Below are positions 51,772 to 63,544 of a DNA stretch of 64,000 nucleotides, in pieces. The first letter of the stretch is position 1; the number at the start of each line of letters is the position of its first letter. The stretch lies in the NCBI GenBank assembly GCA_965603825.1, contig CBFDEM010000059.1, forward strand, positions 3,430 to 67,429, written 5' to 3'. This DNA comes from Blepharisma stoltei ATCC 30299. Its lineage: Eukaryota > Protista > Ciliophora. Position numbers and translations under genes: made by a program. Below the pieces are notes generated by a model. It was not told the origin of the DNA. It saw only the letters and a program-made list of their open reading frames with translations, and did no database searches.

Positions 51772-53388
51772 TTAAAATTTAAGCTGCTTATTTTTCAGTT
51801 CATTTAGCAGTTTTTCATCTAAATTAAACTTGTAGTATCTCTTTTTATGTTTTTCGAAGAAACTATATTCAAATATCCCAATATAGAATTCTCCTTTGTT
51901 GTTTAAAATATAAACTTGCCAAGGAAGATTGCTGCTTGGCGAAGCAGAAACTCGTGCCCAGTCAGTATCGCTTCCCATTCCACATTCATAAACTGACCCA
52001 TTATTACCATACTCAATCAAATACAGCCTCTCTGCGTTTATCAGGAGCTTTCTTTTCTCTGCCATAAATTCGAAAGGAATAGTCGTGAAAGAATTGGTAT
52101 CAATTGAATATCGCAAAAGATTCTTATTTAGCCATCCAGAAATCAAGATATTTCCATTAATTATGATGCTATTGCAATAGGCATCCACTTGAGTCATTGG
52201 AGTTAGCTTATTCCATCGATTTTCATTTAAATCAAACCTATCTGATAAAGCTGAATGAATAGGGTAATTGACATCTATCCCTCCAAAACAATAAATACTC
52301 CCGTTAAAATAGGTAGCTGAGGAGTAGTTACAAGGTGTTCCAATGGGCAGGTTTCGAATTTCATAATTTTTACCAATTATCAACGCAAATCCTGAAGATG
52401 GAGGGTGTATACCGAAACAGAACAATTCGCCATTTGGAAGCCTAGCAATGCATGTGCCTGGGTCGAACGGCTCCTCAGTCTCTAGAGGTATCACCTCTTC
52501 CCTTTCATTATCAGTGTCATAAATAAGCAAATTCTTATCATCAATAAGGTAAATATTGCTGCTTGTCTCATCTATTTCTGGATCTGCAGGCTTTTTGATT
52601 GATTCTTTATCTTTTTTACCGAATGTCATCTCAACAGTTTTTCCACTCGAGTATTTATCAGAGCTATAAATATCAGAGTCCTTACTCTTGTTTTCTAAGC
52701 TGCCCTCTTCAAGCTCTTGCATAATTTTCTCAGTATCTCCTATAAGTTCCTGAATATAACTCTGCAATTTCACTAGCTCATTTGCATTTTCATTGGCACT
52801 TGCTTTGCAGTTTTCAAGAAAGCTGTCTATTTGTAAAATCTTGTTCAGCAAGTTATCCTCAATAAAGCAGCTTATCATTTTCTTGACAAACTTGCTTTTT
52901 CCAAAAATTTCTTTAGCATAATTCGGTGGAACTGTGCTCTCTGGAATAAATTTTTTTACCCTTAAAACCGCATTTTCACGATTTAAAGAAAGTGATTTTA
53001 TCAATGGGTCTTTCTCCAATTTGGATACTGCTTCAACATGATTAACTTTGTCAATATATTTTTGCAATTCTTCTATCTCTACGTCTACTTTCTTAAGAAA
53101 CTCTTTCATTCTTTGTTCTAGATCACAAAAATGATTGCTAAAAGAATTTAAGAGATCTTTCTTTAGCTCTTCCTTTTTCTTGATTTCTTGTGAGATATAG
53201 TTGCATATTGCTTCTTTGGTTCCATATATTGGATCAAAGAGAAGAGGGTTTAATTGATGAATTTTACCAGGGTCTTTGGTGTGCTGTTTTAAGTGATGCT
53301 CGCATGTGTAAGTTTCAGGATTTGTACACTTGCATACAAAAGCAACCTGTCGTAAGCATTTTGCTGCTCAGCATGGCTTAAGTTCCAT
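51772..53388 (-). CDS. B-box-like Cys/His domain + coiled coil + Kelch beta-propeller protein (538 aa)
   Basis: The 445-aa ORF extends upstream through one TGA to MELKPCWAAKCLRQVAFVCKCTNPETYTCEHHLKQH. Kelch motifs: LPNGELFCFG, YFNGSIYCFGG..DRFDLNENRWNKLTPM, NGNILISG. Confidence 0.9.
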
Positions 53389-53778
53389 TTTATTATATCT
53401 ATAATATTTTAGTGTCATTTGACAATTCGCTTTCATAGATTGATCCATTATAATCACATTCAATTAAATACAGTCTCGTTGCACTTATAAGAATTTTGCA
53501 TTTTTTAGCTTAAAATCATAAGGAATTGCTCCGAAAGTGTTGCTACCAATTGAATATCTCAAAAGATTTTTATTTTTACTTTCAGAAATCACAATATCCC
53601 TGTTAAATATTGCACTATTGCAATGGTAATTTAATTTATCGGTTTTCATTTAAATCAAATCTCTCTGATAGAGTTAAATAAATACGATTATATCCTCCAA
53701 AGCAATAAACACTATTATTGAAATAGATATAACTTTTCAATTTAATACTCTAATATATTAAATTTCTAAAGTCTTAAA

Positions 53779-56700
53779 TTAATCAACTTCCTTTGCAATT
53801 GAAAAATCCTTCGGCATTAAATCTACAGATGATGGACGACGATCCGGGACGATTTTTGCAAGAGCATTCTTGGAGTGCTTACCAAAAGTAAATGCGAACT
53901 TGAATAAATGAGTTGTATCTAAGCCTTTTTTCCGATACAGAAGGCTGGGATACTTTCTTCTTTGCACATAAATTCCGACAAGAGCAATTATTATTCATCC
54001 TACACACACTACTGAAAAATAAATATACGCGTTTCCTTTAGTGTTTGATGAGATTGTCGAGATCACAGAAAGCCAGACCACACCAATTAAGCTCAAAGCT
54101 TGCCACCAGCACAGTCTTGGATAATTATAGGGCTTATATCTAAATATAAATCCAATGTACGCCACCATTAGAAGAGAAAAAAAGGTTCCATGGATAGTGC
54201 TATCAGCCCTTTTAACTGTTTTATTCATGACGATAAATATGACTTGAACCACAGTTTTTATCATTAAAAATGGAGGAGCTGTATGTATATGTACCATGTG
54301 CTGCAATTCTTGCCACAAAGGTCTGCACAGAGTAGCCAGTGGTTCATAAAGCACAAGTCGCCTAAAATAGGCATTAAATAGTCTGCAAGCCAAGCTAAAA
54401 ATCTGAAAGCTGTCACACTGGGGTATTTTTCATCTAATCTGAGTAGAACAACTAAGCATAAAACTAGCCAAAATAAAATAGCCCCAAAGACTCCATCTAT
54501 TAGAATTCAAAATATCCCTTTCTGGAGAGCAAAGATATTTTCCAAGCTGAAAGAAAGAGAGCTACTAATTTTTGCTAGGATGCTATTTATTGGGGTTATA
54601 TCTGGTCCCATGGCCGCAAACTGGAAAAATTCAATGCCTATGGTTATCTCAACAATAATATCTTGCAGCGACATTTCTTGCTTTTCTTTAAGCTCTTCAA
54701 TGGCTATATTTCATCATTTTTTTCATATATATGCTGTGACAGCTAAAGATACTAAAGCAAACATAAAGCAGATAGAAAAAACGATAATTCTTCCTTTAGC
54801 AAATGCTCTTACCAACTTATCAGGGAAAGGGCATTTATTATTTTGGTTTCTTAGGTCATCTGGCTTTACTGTAGTTCCATCTCCATAAATGAGAGGTGTG
54901 CTAATACTCAACATTGTGCTGCCGAATGGGCGAAATTCTCCCACTTTGTATGTTGTCACATTTCCAGAATTTGTATCTATTTTGCAGGTCATTATATCAA
55001 AAGCATCCATAACTCTATCGTTGCTGCTTTTGTCAATAGAAACTATTCCTGTGCACCCGGTAAACTTTTGAGCTCTGATTGTTAAATTTAATTGGTAAGG
55101 ATCAGAATAATCAAATCCTTGGTTTATCATGTAGTCCAAAGCTATCCCTATTAAATATGCTGCATCATAACTAGAGCAAGTACTGGGAAGTGGAAAACCA
55201 TTATATCTAGATAATATCTGCGAGTAAGCAAATTCCCCAACCTTACCTACTCAATTTCGCCCACTAATAGATATCATTGGAACTCCAGTTTCCTTAATCT
55301 TTAATTCATCAGCATTATCATCGTATATTCTCGTTGGAAATATTGCTTCCTTTGCAACAAAAATAAGGAGATCTCCTTTTCTTAAGCCCAAATCATAGAG
55401 CTCTTCGATGACATAATATAATGGAGGTGGCATAAAAAATAAAACTAGAAGTCTTGCATTTGTATCCATGGCTTTCTTCAATGTTCCAGAGTATTTTTTT
55501 ATACTAGTTCTATTTAGATCTTCAGGTATCGCCCTTAAGTTTTCAGAATTTAAAATTTCTATTTCATATTGCTCTGCATTGCTTATAAGTGCTAAATATT
55601 CTGATTTCGAAGATACATCATCTGAATATAAAACACAGATTTTCCTTCATCCTAAAGCTCTAAATAAAAGCAAACTCAGCGATAAAAGATAGCGGTTTGA
55701 TACAATTACTCTTGTAAACAGAGGATAAAGTGACGTAGAATTCAATGAATAATCATTAGAATCTGACCCAACAACTGGGATGGTTAAATTAAAGTTTTTA
55801 AAAAAATTAATTTCTGCAATAGTCGTTAAAGAGCTAGGCGGTGATATGTGTGCAAGCCCAAATTTATCTATATCTTTGGCAAAGCAAGCTGGTGTCAATT
55901 CTTTATCATAAGTAACAGAACCGCAATCAAAAATAAAATAGTTTATTTGAAAATGTGCTAAAATTCCAAGTGCACCTTCATTAATTAAACTTCATGCTGT
56001 GTAAGCGCAATAATATAAAAGAGGAGCGACATATAGAGGAGGAGCTCCAGGGTTATAAGAGCCTCCAGAAACTGTCGTGTGCAAAATCTTTTTATTTGAT
56101 TTGGGCACGTCAGTAGTATTTCCAGGGAAAATCAAGGTTTTCGAGATTGTTACTGATCCAGCAGAGACTGATCCAACTATTTGCCTTTGATTGTCTTGAA
56201 TATTTACAATAGAAAATTGTTTTTTCTCACTATATATCTTCAGCAAAAGTTTTATTTCTTCAGTTGTTTCTGCTGTTTGATTCAATAAATACAGAATTAA
56301 ATTTTCTAGAAAACTAATTAAAAGATTTTCTTGAGAGCTAGCATATTCTTGCCTTACAGCAGTCACAATAATTGCTCCATTGTTTTTACAGTCATAGCAG
56401 CTATTTTGGGTTAGCAATATCCCATCTCCTTTTAAAAGGAGTTTTTTGGATTTCAATGTCTCCTGAATTTTTGATGAGAGAACAGAATTTGCAAAAATGT
56501 AATACAAAGTTGCTCCTAAAGGCTTGATAGCTCTTTTTACTGCCTTTTCAAGGCATGCTGACGATTCTATAGTTATATAATCAAAAGTTTGTGAATACTC
56601 TAGAAATTTCTGCTTGATGTATGCATGATCTTTATCAGTGATTACAAGTCCATGAGTTCAATTAAAGTAAGCTAAAGCCGCAAAATATGCATCGGTTTGG

Positions 56701-57092
56701 GCTGAGTTTGATGGAGAGATACTATATGTCCATTCGTCGTAAAGAGATTCTTGATTTTTCTGAGGAACCAAATGAATTTTATTATTTTCTTTGCATAATT
56801 GAGAAAGGCTCAATTGTGTTTCAAAACTTTCTGATAAATCAAGAACGATAATGGCATTTGGATGTGAATTAACTCAGTCTGAAATTAAAGAATAATCGCA
56901 TTGATACCACTCGACAACTGACTCAAATTGATATTTTGTTTCTTCAAATCAAATTTGATTGAACCTGTTCATATCATTTTGAGCAATAATAATTTCAAAC
57001 GAAGAACACAAATTGAGCATTGCTAAAAAAGATAATATCTTTATAAATCCGATATCAGAAAAATACTTCGATATTTTAGCCTTTTTGTTCAT
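53779..57092 (-). pseudogene. Double Venus-flytrap receptor, type A; intact except for a 157-bp frameshifting deletion near 54347
   Basis: One frame from 57092 to the LGDLCF codons, then joined directly to YEPL; the segment equal to 16071-16227 of the intact paralog is missing. Confidence 0.85.
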
Positions 57093-57159
57093 TTTTTTTA
57101 ACTAAGCAAAAACGAAAATTCTGTTTTATTATTTTGATATAGCAACATAAACTCATTTA

Positions 57160-60100
57160 TAAGGCAAAAAAGTAACAAAATTCATTTCGTTCCTCAAAAA
57201 AAATACGACTCCACTTACTATGACGAATGAACATATGACATCATTCCATAAAACCTAGCTCAAGAAAATGCATATTTTTCAATTTTAGCTTACTTTAATT
57301 GAACTCGTGGACTAGTAATCACTGATGAAGATAATGCATACATCAAGCAGAAATTTCTAGAGTATTCAGAGACTTTTGACTTTATAACTATAGAATCATC
57401 GGCAACTCTTGAAAATTTGGTAAACAGAATTATCAAGCCTTTAGGTGCAGCTTTGTGTTACATTTTTGCAAATTCTGTTCTCTCACTAAAAATTCAGGAA
57501 ACGCTAAAATCCAAAAAGCTCCTATCAAGAGGAGATGGGATATTACTAAGTCAAAATAGCGGTTATAAAAGCAAAATTAATGGAGGGATTATTGTGACTG
57601 CTGCAGGACAAGAATATGCGATTTCCCAAGAACAATTTTTAATTAGCTCTTTTGAAAATTTAATACAATATTTACTAAATCACACAGCAGAAACAGCAGA
57701 AGAGCTAAAGCATTTGTTAAAGATATATAACGAGAAAACTCAATTCTCTATTATAAATATTCAGGGCAATCAAAGACAAGTAGTTGGATCAGTTACTACT
57801 GGATCAGTAACTATCTTCAAAGATTTTATTTACCCTGGAAATGCTACTGATGTGCCAAGATCAGATAAAAAAATTTTGCACATGACAGTCTCTGCAGGCT
57901 CTACCAACCCTGGAACTCCTCCTATAACCGTTGCGCCTCTTGTATATTATGGCGCTTATACAGCATGAAGTTTAATTAACGAAGGCAAACTTGGAATTTT
58001 AAGACATTTCCAAATAAAGTATTTTATTTTTGATTGTGGTGTTATTACTTATGATGAAGAATTTGCAACAGCCTGCTTTAAAGATATAGATAAATTTGGA
58101 TTAGCACATATACTGCGCCTACCTCCTTAATGACAATTGGAGAAATAGATCTCTTCAAAAGCTTAAATTTAACTATCCCAGTCGTTGGATCTTCAGCTGA
58201 TGACTATTCATTAAATTCTACATCACTGTTTCCTCTGTTTACTAGAGTAGTTATGTCAAACCGCTATATTTACTCTCTGACTTCGCTATTACTTAAAGCT
58301 TTAGGCTGAAGGAAAATCTGTTTTTTATATTCTGATGATGTGTCTGGAAAGTCAGCATATTCAGCGCTTATTGGCAATGCAGAGCAATATAACATAGAAA
58401 TTCTAAATTCTGAAAATTCAAGAGTGGTTCCTGCAGATCTAAATAGAACTAACATAAAAAATTACTCTGATTTATTGCAAACAATTATTGATACACAAGC
58501 AAGGCTTCTAGTTTTATTATTATTACCACCTGTATTATATTATGCAATTGAAGAACTTTATGATATGGGTTTAAGGAAAGGAGATCTCGTTATTTTAGTT
58601 CAAAGCCAAGAAATGATTACACTAATTCAATACGATTTTTTGTATGAATATAAGGTTAAGGAAACTGCGGTTCCAATGATGGCTGTTAGTGGGCGAAATT
58701 GAGTCGGCAAAGTGGGGGAATTTGCTTACACAGAGATAGTATCTCGATATAATGGTGTACCATTCGCCAACACTTGCTCTGGCTACGATGCAGCATATTT
58801 AATCGGGATTGCTTTGGAATACACTATAAACCAAGGATATGATTATAATGATCCTTACCAAATAAATTCGGCAATCAGAGTTCAAAAGTTTGCTGGGTGT
58901 ACAGGAATAGTTTCTATTAATAAAAACAGCAATGATAGAGTTATGGATGCTTTTGACATCATGGTCGGCAAAATAGACAAAAACTCCGGAAGTATGATCT
59001 CGTACAAAATGGGTGAATTTCGCCCATTTGGCAGTACATTGCTGGCTATTAATGCACCTTTTATTTATGGAGATGGAAGTACTGTAAAGCCAGATGACCT
59101 TAGAAACCAAAATAATAAATGCCCTTTTCCTGATAAGTTGGTAAGGACATTTGCTAAAGGAAGAATTCTCATTTTTTCTATATGCTTTATGTTTGCTTTA
59201 GTGTCTTTCATAGCAACAGCATTCATATGAAAAAATTGATGAAATATAACTATTAAAGAGCTTAAAGAAAAGCAAGAAATTTCACTACAAGATATTATTG
59301 TTGAGACAACCATAGGAATTGAATTTTTCCAATTTGCAGCTATGGGGCCAGATATAGCCCCAATAAATAGCTTCTTACTACGCCTTCCATTCGCGAACAT
59401 GTATTTTTTGGATTAAAAGCAGTACAAAAACTAAATTTTATGTTGAAAAACTATATAAATGAATAAAAAAGATTCAAATGAGAAATTATGCGCCGTTAAT
59501 TAAAGTTTATTAGAGAGATTATAAATATTTATTTGTTTTAAAAAGCCTAATATTTGGTAAATTTTGAAGAATTAATCTAATTTTTCTCAAAATGCGAAAA
59601 TACGCTCTTCTTTTATGTGGCTATAATTTCTTTTTAAGCCTTTATGTCTTTATTTTCTTAGCAAAAATCAGTAATTCTCTTTCTTTCAATCTAGAAAATA
59701 TGTTTGCTCTACAGAAAGGAATATTTTGAATCGTCATAGATGGAGTTTATGGAGCCATTATACTTTGGCTAATTTTATGTTTAGTTATTCTGCTCAGCTT
59801 AGATGAAAAATATCCTAAAGTGACGGCTTTCAGGATTTTAGCTCGACTTGCAGACTATTTAATGCCTATTTTAGGAAATTTGTGCTTTATACCTTTTGTT
59901 TCAATTTGCTTAAATGTGTTTATATGCGATCATTCTATTGGAGATAGCTTTACTGAGAGTTTTCTTGCTGCCGACTGTTATTATTTTTGCTGGAAAGATG
60001 AGCACCTAATATATGCAATTCTTTCTTTTATTGCGCTCTTATGCTATGAGCCATTGGCTGTTCTGTGCAGACCTTTGTGGCAAGAATTGCAGCACATGGT

Positions 60101-60608
60101 ACATATACATACATCTCCTCCGTTTTTAATGGTAAAAACTGCCATTCAAGTTATATTTATAGTTATGAATAAAACAGTTAAAAGGGCAGATAGCACTATC
60201 CATGGAGCCATTTTTGCTGTTCTAATGGTTGCGTACATTGGATTTATATTTAGATATAAGCCCTATAATTACCCAAGACTGTGCTGGTGACAAGCTTTGA
60301 GTTTAATTGGTGTGGTCTGGCTTTCTGTGATGTCGACAATCTCATCAAACACTAAAGGAAACGCGTATATTTATTTTCCAGTAGTGTGCATAGGATGAAT
60401 CATAATTGCTCTTGTCGGAATTTATGTGCAAAGAAGAAAGTATCCCAGTCTTTTGTATAGAAAAAACTTAGATACAACTCATTTATTCAAGTTCGCATTT
60501 ACTTTTGGTAAGCACTCCAAGAATGCACTTGCAAAAATTGTCCCAGATCGTCGCACATCTGTAGATTTAATGTCTAAGGACTTTTCAATTGCAAAGGAAG
60601 TTAATTAA
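57160..60608 (+). pseudogene. Double Venus-flytrap receptor, type A-like; 5'-truncated, frameshifted near 58080-58120, interrupted by a 283-bp insertion
   Basis: Similarity begins at the KIHFVPQK-equivalent, lacking the first ~95 codons; remainder colinear to AKEVN-TAA. Confidence 0.85.
59378..59660. mobile_element. 283-bp IES-like insertion bounded by a TTCTTA direct repeat
   Basis: TTCTTA at 59372-59377 and 59655-59660. Removing the insert with one repeat copy gives AATAGCTTCTTAGCAAAAATC, matching paralogs (AATAGCATCCTAGCAAAAATT), and restores the frame. Confidence 0.8.
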
Positions 60609-60659
60609 TTTTAAATCTTTATTTGCTCTAAGAAAACTAACTTATAAAGATGCTATCGC

Positions 60660-61215
60660 TTTTAGCAATCCTCAATTTGCTCAAAATCATAGAAATCAAC
60701 TCAATCAAATTTGATTGAAGAAGCACAAACCAGTTTGAATCAGCCATCGAATGGTACCAATATAACTATTCGCTAATTTCAGAGCGTATTATGTAATTAA
60801 TATTCAAATGGTATAATCGTTTTGATTAATCAGACAGCTTTGATACACGACTGACACTTTTACTAAATATGCAAATAAACGATAAAACTCATTTGGTTCC
60901 TCAGAAAAATCAAGATCTATTTACAAGGAATGGGCATTCCCTCAAACTTAGCTTAAACAGATGCATATTTGCAATTTTAGCTTACTTTAATTGAACTCAT
61001 GGATTTTCAAGTACCGATGGAGACCATGCATATATCAAACAGAAATTTCTAGAGTATTCAGAGATTTTGACTATATAACATAGAGTCATCGAAAAGCTTT
61101 AAAAGAGTTTTAAGTAGAATTATTAGGAGCAACATTGTATTACATTTTTGCAAATTCAGCTCCTCAAAAATTCAGGAGACCTTTCAAGAAGAAATGGGAT
61201 ATTGCTAAGAAGTAT
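60660..61215 (+). pseudogene. Highly degenerate 5' fragment of a type A receptor
   Basis: Matches 13370-14010 with many indels (ATTTGGTTCCTCAGAAAAATCAAGA, TTTTAGCTTACTTTAATTGAACTCATGGA). Confidence 0.8.
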
Positions 61216-61249
61216 TACTAAACCAAAATGAGGTTTTGTTTCTTTAACC

Positions 61250-61400
61250 CAAACCTGATTGAGTTGATTCCTATCATTTGAGCAATATATATTTCAAATG
61301 AAGAATATAAATCTTGAATGGCTAAAAAAAACTTTAATATCTGATGCCAGAAAATTCAATATTTTATCCATTTTGGTCAATTTTTTATTAAGCTTATTTT
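61250..61400 (-). pseudogene. Short inverted remnant of a type A receptor 5' end
   Basis: Similar on the same strand to 21250-21400 and 56950-57100 (TTCCTATCATTTGAGCAATA..TTCAAATGAAGAA). Confidence 0.6.
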
Positions 61401-61769
61401 CTTCGACAAAAATTAAAATTATTTTATATAAAATAATTCTAAAATTTATTCATTAGCTATTTTGATTCAAAATATAATATTGCTATATATTGCTTCAAGA
61501 TAGAAAGGAGATATTTATTTCTGTTTTTTATGAATCAAAGTGAATTTCTTTTAAGTAAAACTATTTACTCTACTCCCCTCTATAAGTGAGCAAATTTTGG
61601 CATAAAAGTTATATAAATATAAAATTAGTTTTTATCCGATCTTAAACTCTTAATGGTCTCAAAATTGCAAGTGAGATCGCTTATATATATGCATTCTTAA
61701 TTTTTGCTGATTAAAAGTGATAAAATCTTATAAATAAATATAATAGTCCTTAATGTTTATTATGTTTTT

Positions 61770-62462
61770 AACTCCAAACAGTGTTTGATTAATTGAATCA
61801 TAGAATACCAAAATTAATGCTCCTCCAGAGTAGCTTATTAAGTTTGCTAAAGCTTCTTTAAAAATGCTTTACTCCCACCTTCATTAGTATAGATTTTTTT
61901 AACGCAATCCAATGTACTTTCATAAATGACATCTTTCCTTCAACCTTGCATCATTAATCTTCTTCTCACAATATCTAATAGGTATACAAAAATCCAGCGA
62001 ATATGAACCAATGCAAATTTAATTAAAAAATCAAAACGCCTATTTGAGATAGAATCTTTTTAAGTGTCATATCACCCAAAATATGTCTAATGGATATCCT
62101 ATAAATAATGAAGCAGTCCCAGCAAACCCTCCAGACTGTATATTAGCGATGATAAACTTCCAAAATTTTTCTTTTTTGCCATATTTTTTAAAGTGTTTAT
62201 TAAAAAGTCTTTAATTGCAAAATTAAGGGAAATACCTCAGAACATTTGCAAGATTTCCACTCAAAATGATAAAAATTCTTGCTCATGGTAAAGCCTTTTA
62301 AAACAATCTGTAATTCCTTTATAAAGTTTATTTGGATCCATTTGAGTGCTTGCATGCTGTACTTGGAATAATAGCTTAACTCTTTCTAGTGGTGCTACAG
62401 TAGTTTTTCAATACTAGGACTTATGCTTCCTATAAAAAATCTGATAAAAATGACCCAGACAT
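61770..62462 (-). pseudogene. Mitochondrial ADP/ATP carrier (adenine nucleotide translocase) pseudogene
   Basis: Fragments [104 protein letters not shown]; frameshifts, stops and an internal deletion. Absent from the ORF track. Confidence 0.9.
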
Positions 62463-62759
62463 TTATAGGATTCAGCACTTACAATTTTATCATTAAATTT
62501 TATTTAGATTTGAACTTTATATAATGCAAAACTATTTATAAAATATAAGCAATCTCTGTTATTCGTATTAATTGAAAGTGTTAGATTTTAAATATTTATA
62601 GGATTAATTTTTGCAGATAAGCTGAAAATATCTAGAGAATCAAATTCCTTTTAATTTAAGATTAAATTTAATTATAGTTATCATAATAAATGCAGAGATA
62701 AAATCAGATTTCATCCGGCTTAGAATAAGTTTTAAGATCATTAATCCATAATTAATGAA

Positions 62760-63520
62760 TTAGGGTGTTAGGGTGTTAGGGTGTTAGGGTGTTAGGGTGT
62801 TAGGGTGTTAGGGTGTTAGGGTGTTAGGGTGTTAGGGTGTTAGGGTGTTAGGGTGTTAGGGTGTTAGGGTGTTAGGGTGTTAGGGTGTTAGGGTGTTAGG
62901 GTGTTAGGGTGTTAGGGTGTTAGGGTGTTAGGGTGTTAGGGTGTTAGGGTGTTAGGGTGTTAGGGTGTTAGGGTGTTAGGGTGTTAGGGTGTTAGGGTGT
63001 TAGGGTGTTAGGGTGTTAGGGTGTTAGGGTGTTAGGGTGTTAGGGTGTTAGGGTGTTAGGGTGTTAGGGTGTTAGGGTGTTAGGGTGTTAGGGTGTTAGG
63101 GTGTTAGGGTGTTAGGGTGTTAGGGTGTTAGGGTGTTAGGGTGTTAGGGTGTTAGGGTGTTAGGGTGTTAGGGTGTTAGGGTGTTAGGGTGTTAGGGTGT
63201 TAGGGTGTTAGGGTGTTAGGGTGTTAGGGTGTTAGGGTGTTAGGGTGTTAGGGTGTTAGGGTGTTAGGGTGTTAGGGTGTTAGGGTGTTAGGGTGTTAGG
63301 GTGTTAGGGTGTTAGGGTGTTAGGGTGTTAGGGTGTTAGGGTGTTAGGGTGTTAGGGTGTTAGGGTGTTAGGGTGTTAGGGTGTTAGGGTGTTAGGGTGT
63401 TAGGGTGTTAGGGTGTTAGGGTGTTAGGGTGTTAGGGTGTTAGGGTGTTAGGGTGTTAGGGTGTTAGGGTGTTAGGGTGTTAGGGTGTTAGGGTGTTAGG
63501 GTGTTAGGGTGTTAGGGTGT
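62760..63520 (+). repeat. Telomeric repeat (TTAGGGTG)n = (CCCTAACA)n, ~95 units
   Basis: Perfect 8-mer array with the G-rich strand running toward the window end; matches the repeat known from heterotrich ciliates (Stentor, Blepharisma). Confidence 0.97.
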
Positions 63521-63544
63521 TAGGTGTTAGCGTTATACTTTAGT

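Noticed and set aside
424-60608. Apparent mass pseudogenisation: many short ORFs in the supplied track
   Set aside because: Most breaks are TGA codons in a constant frame at Trp positions; they are an artefact of the wrong genetic code.
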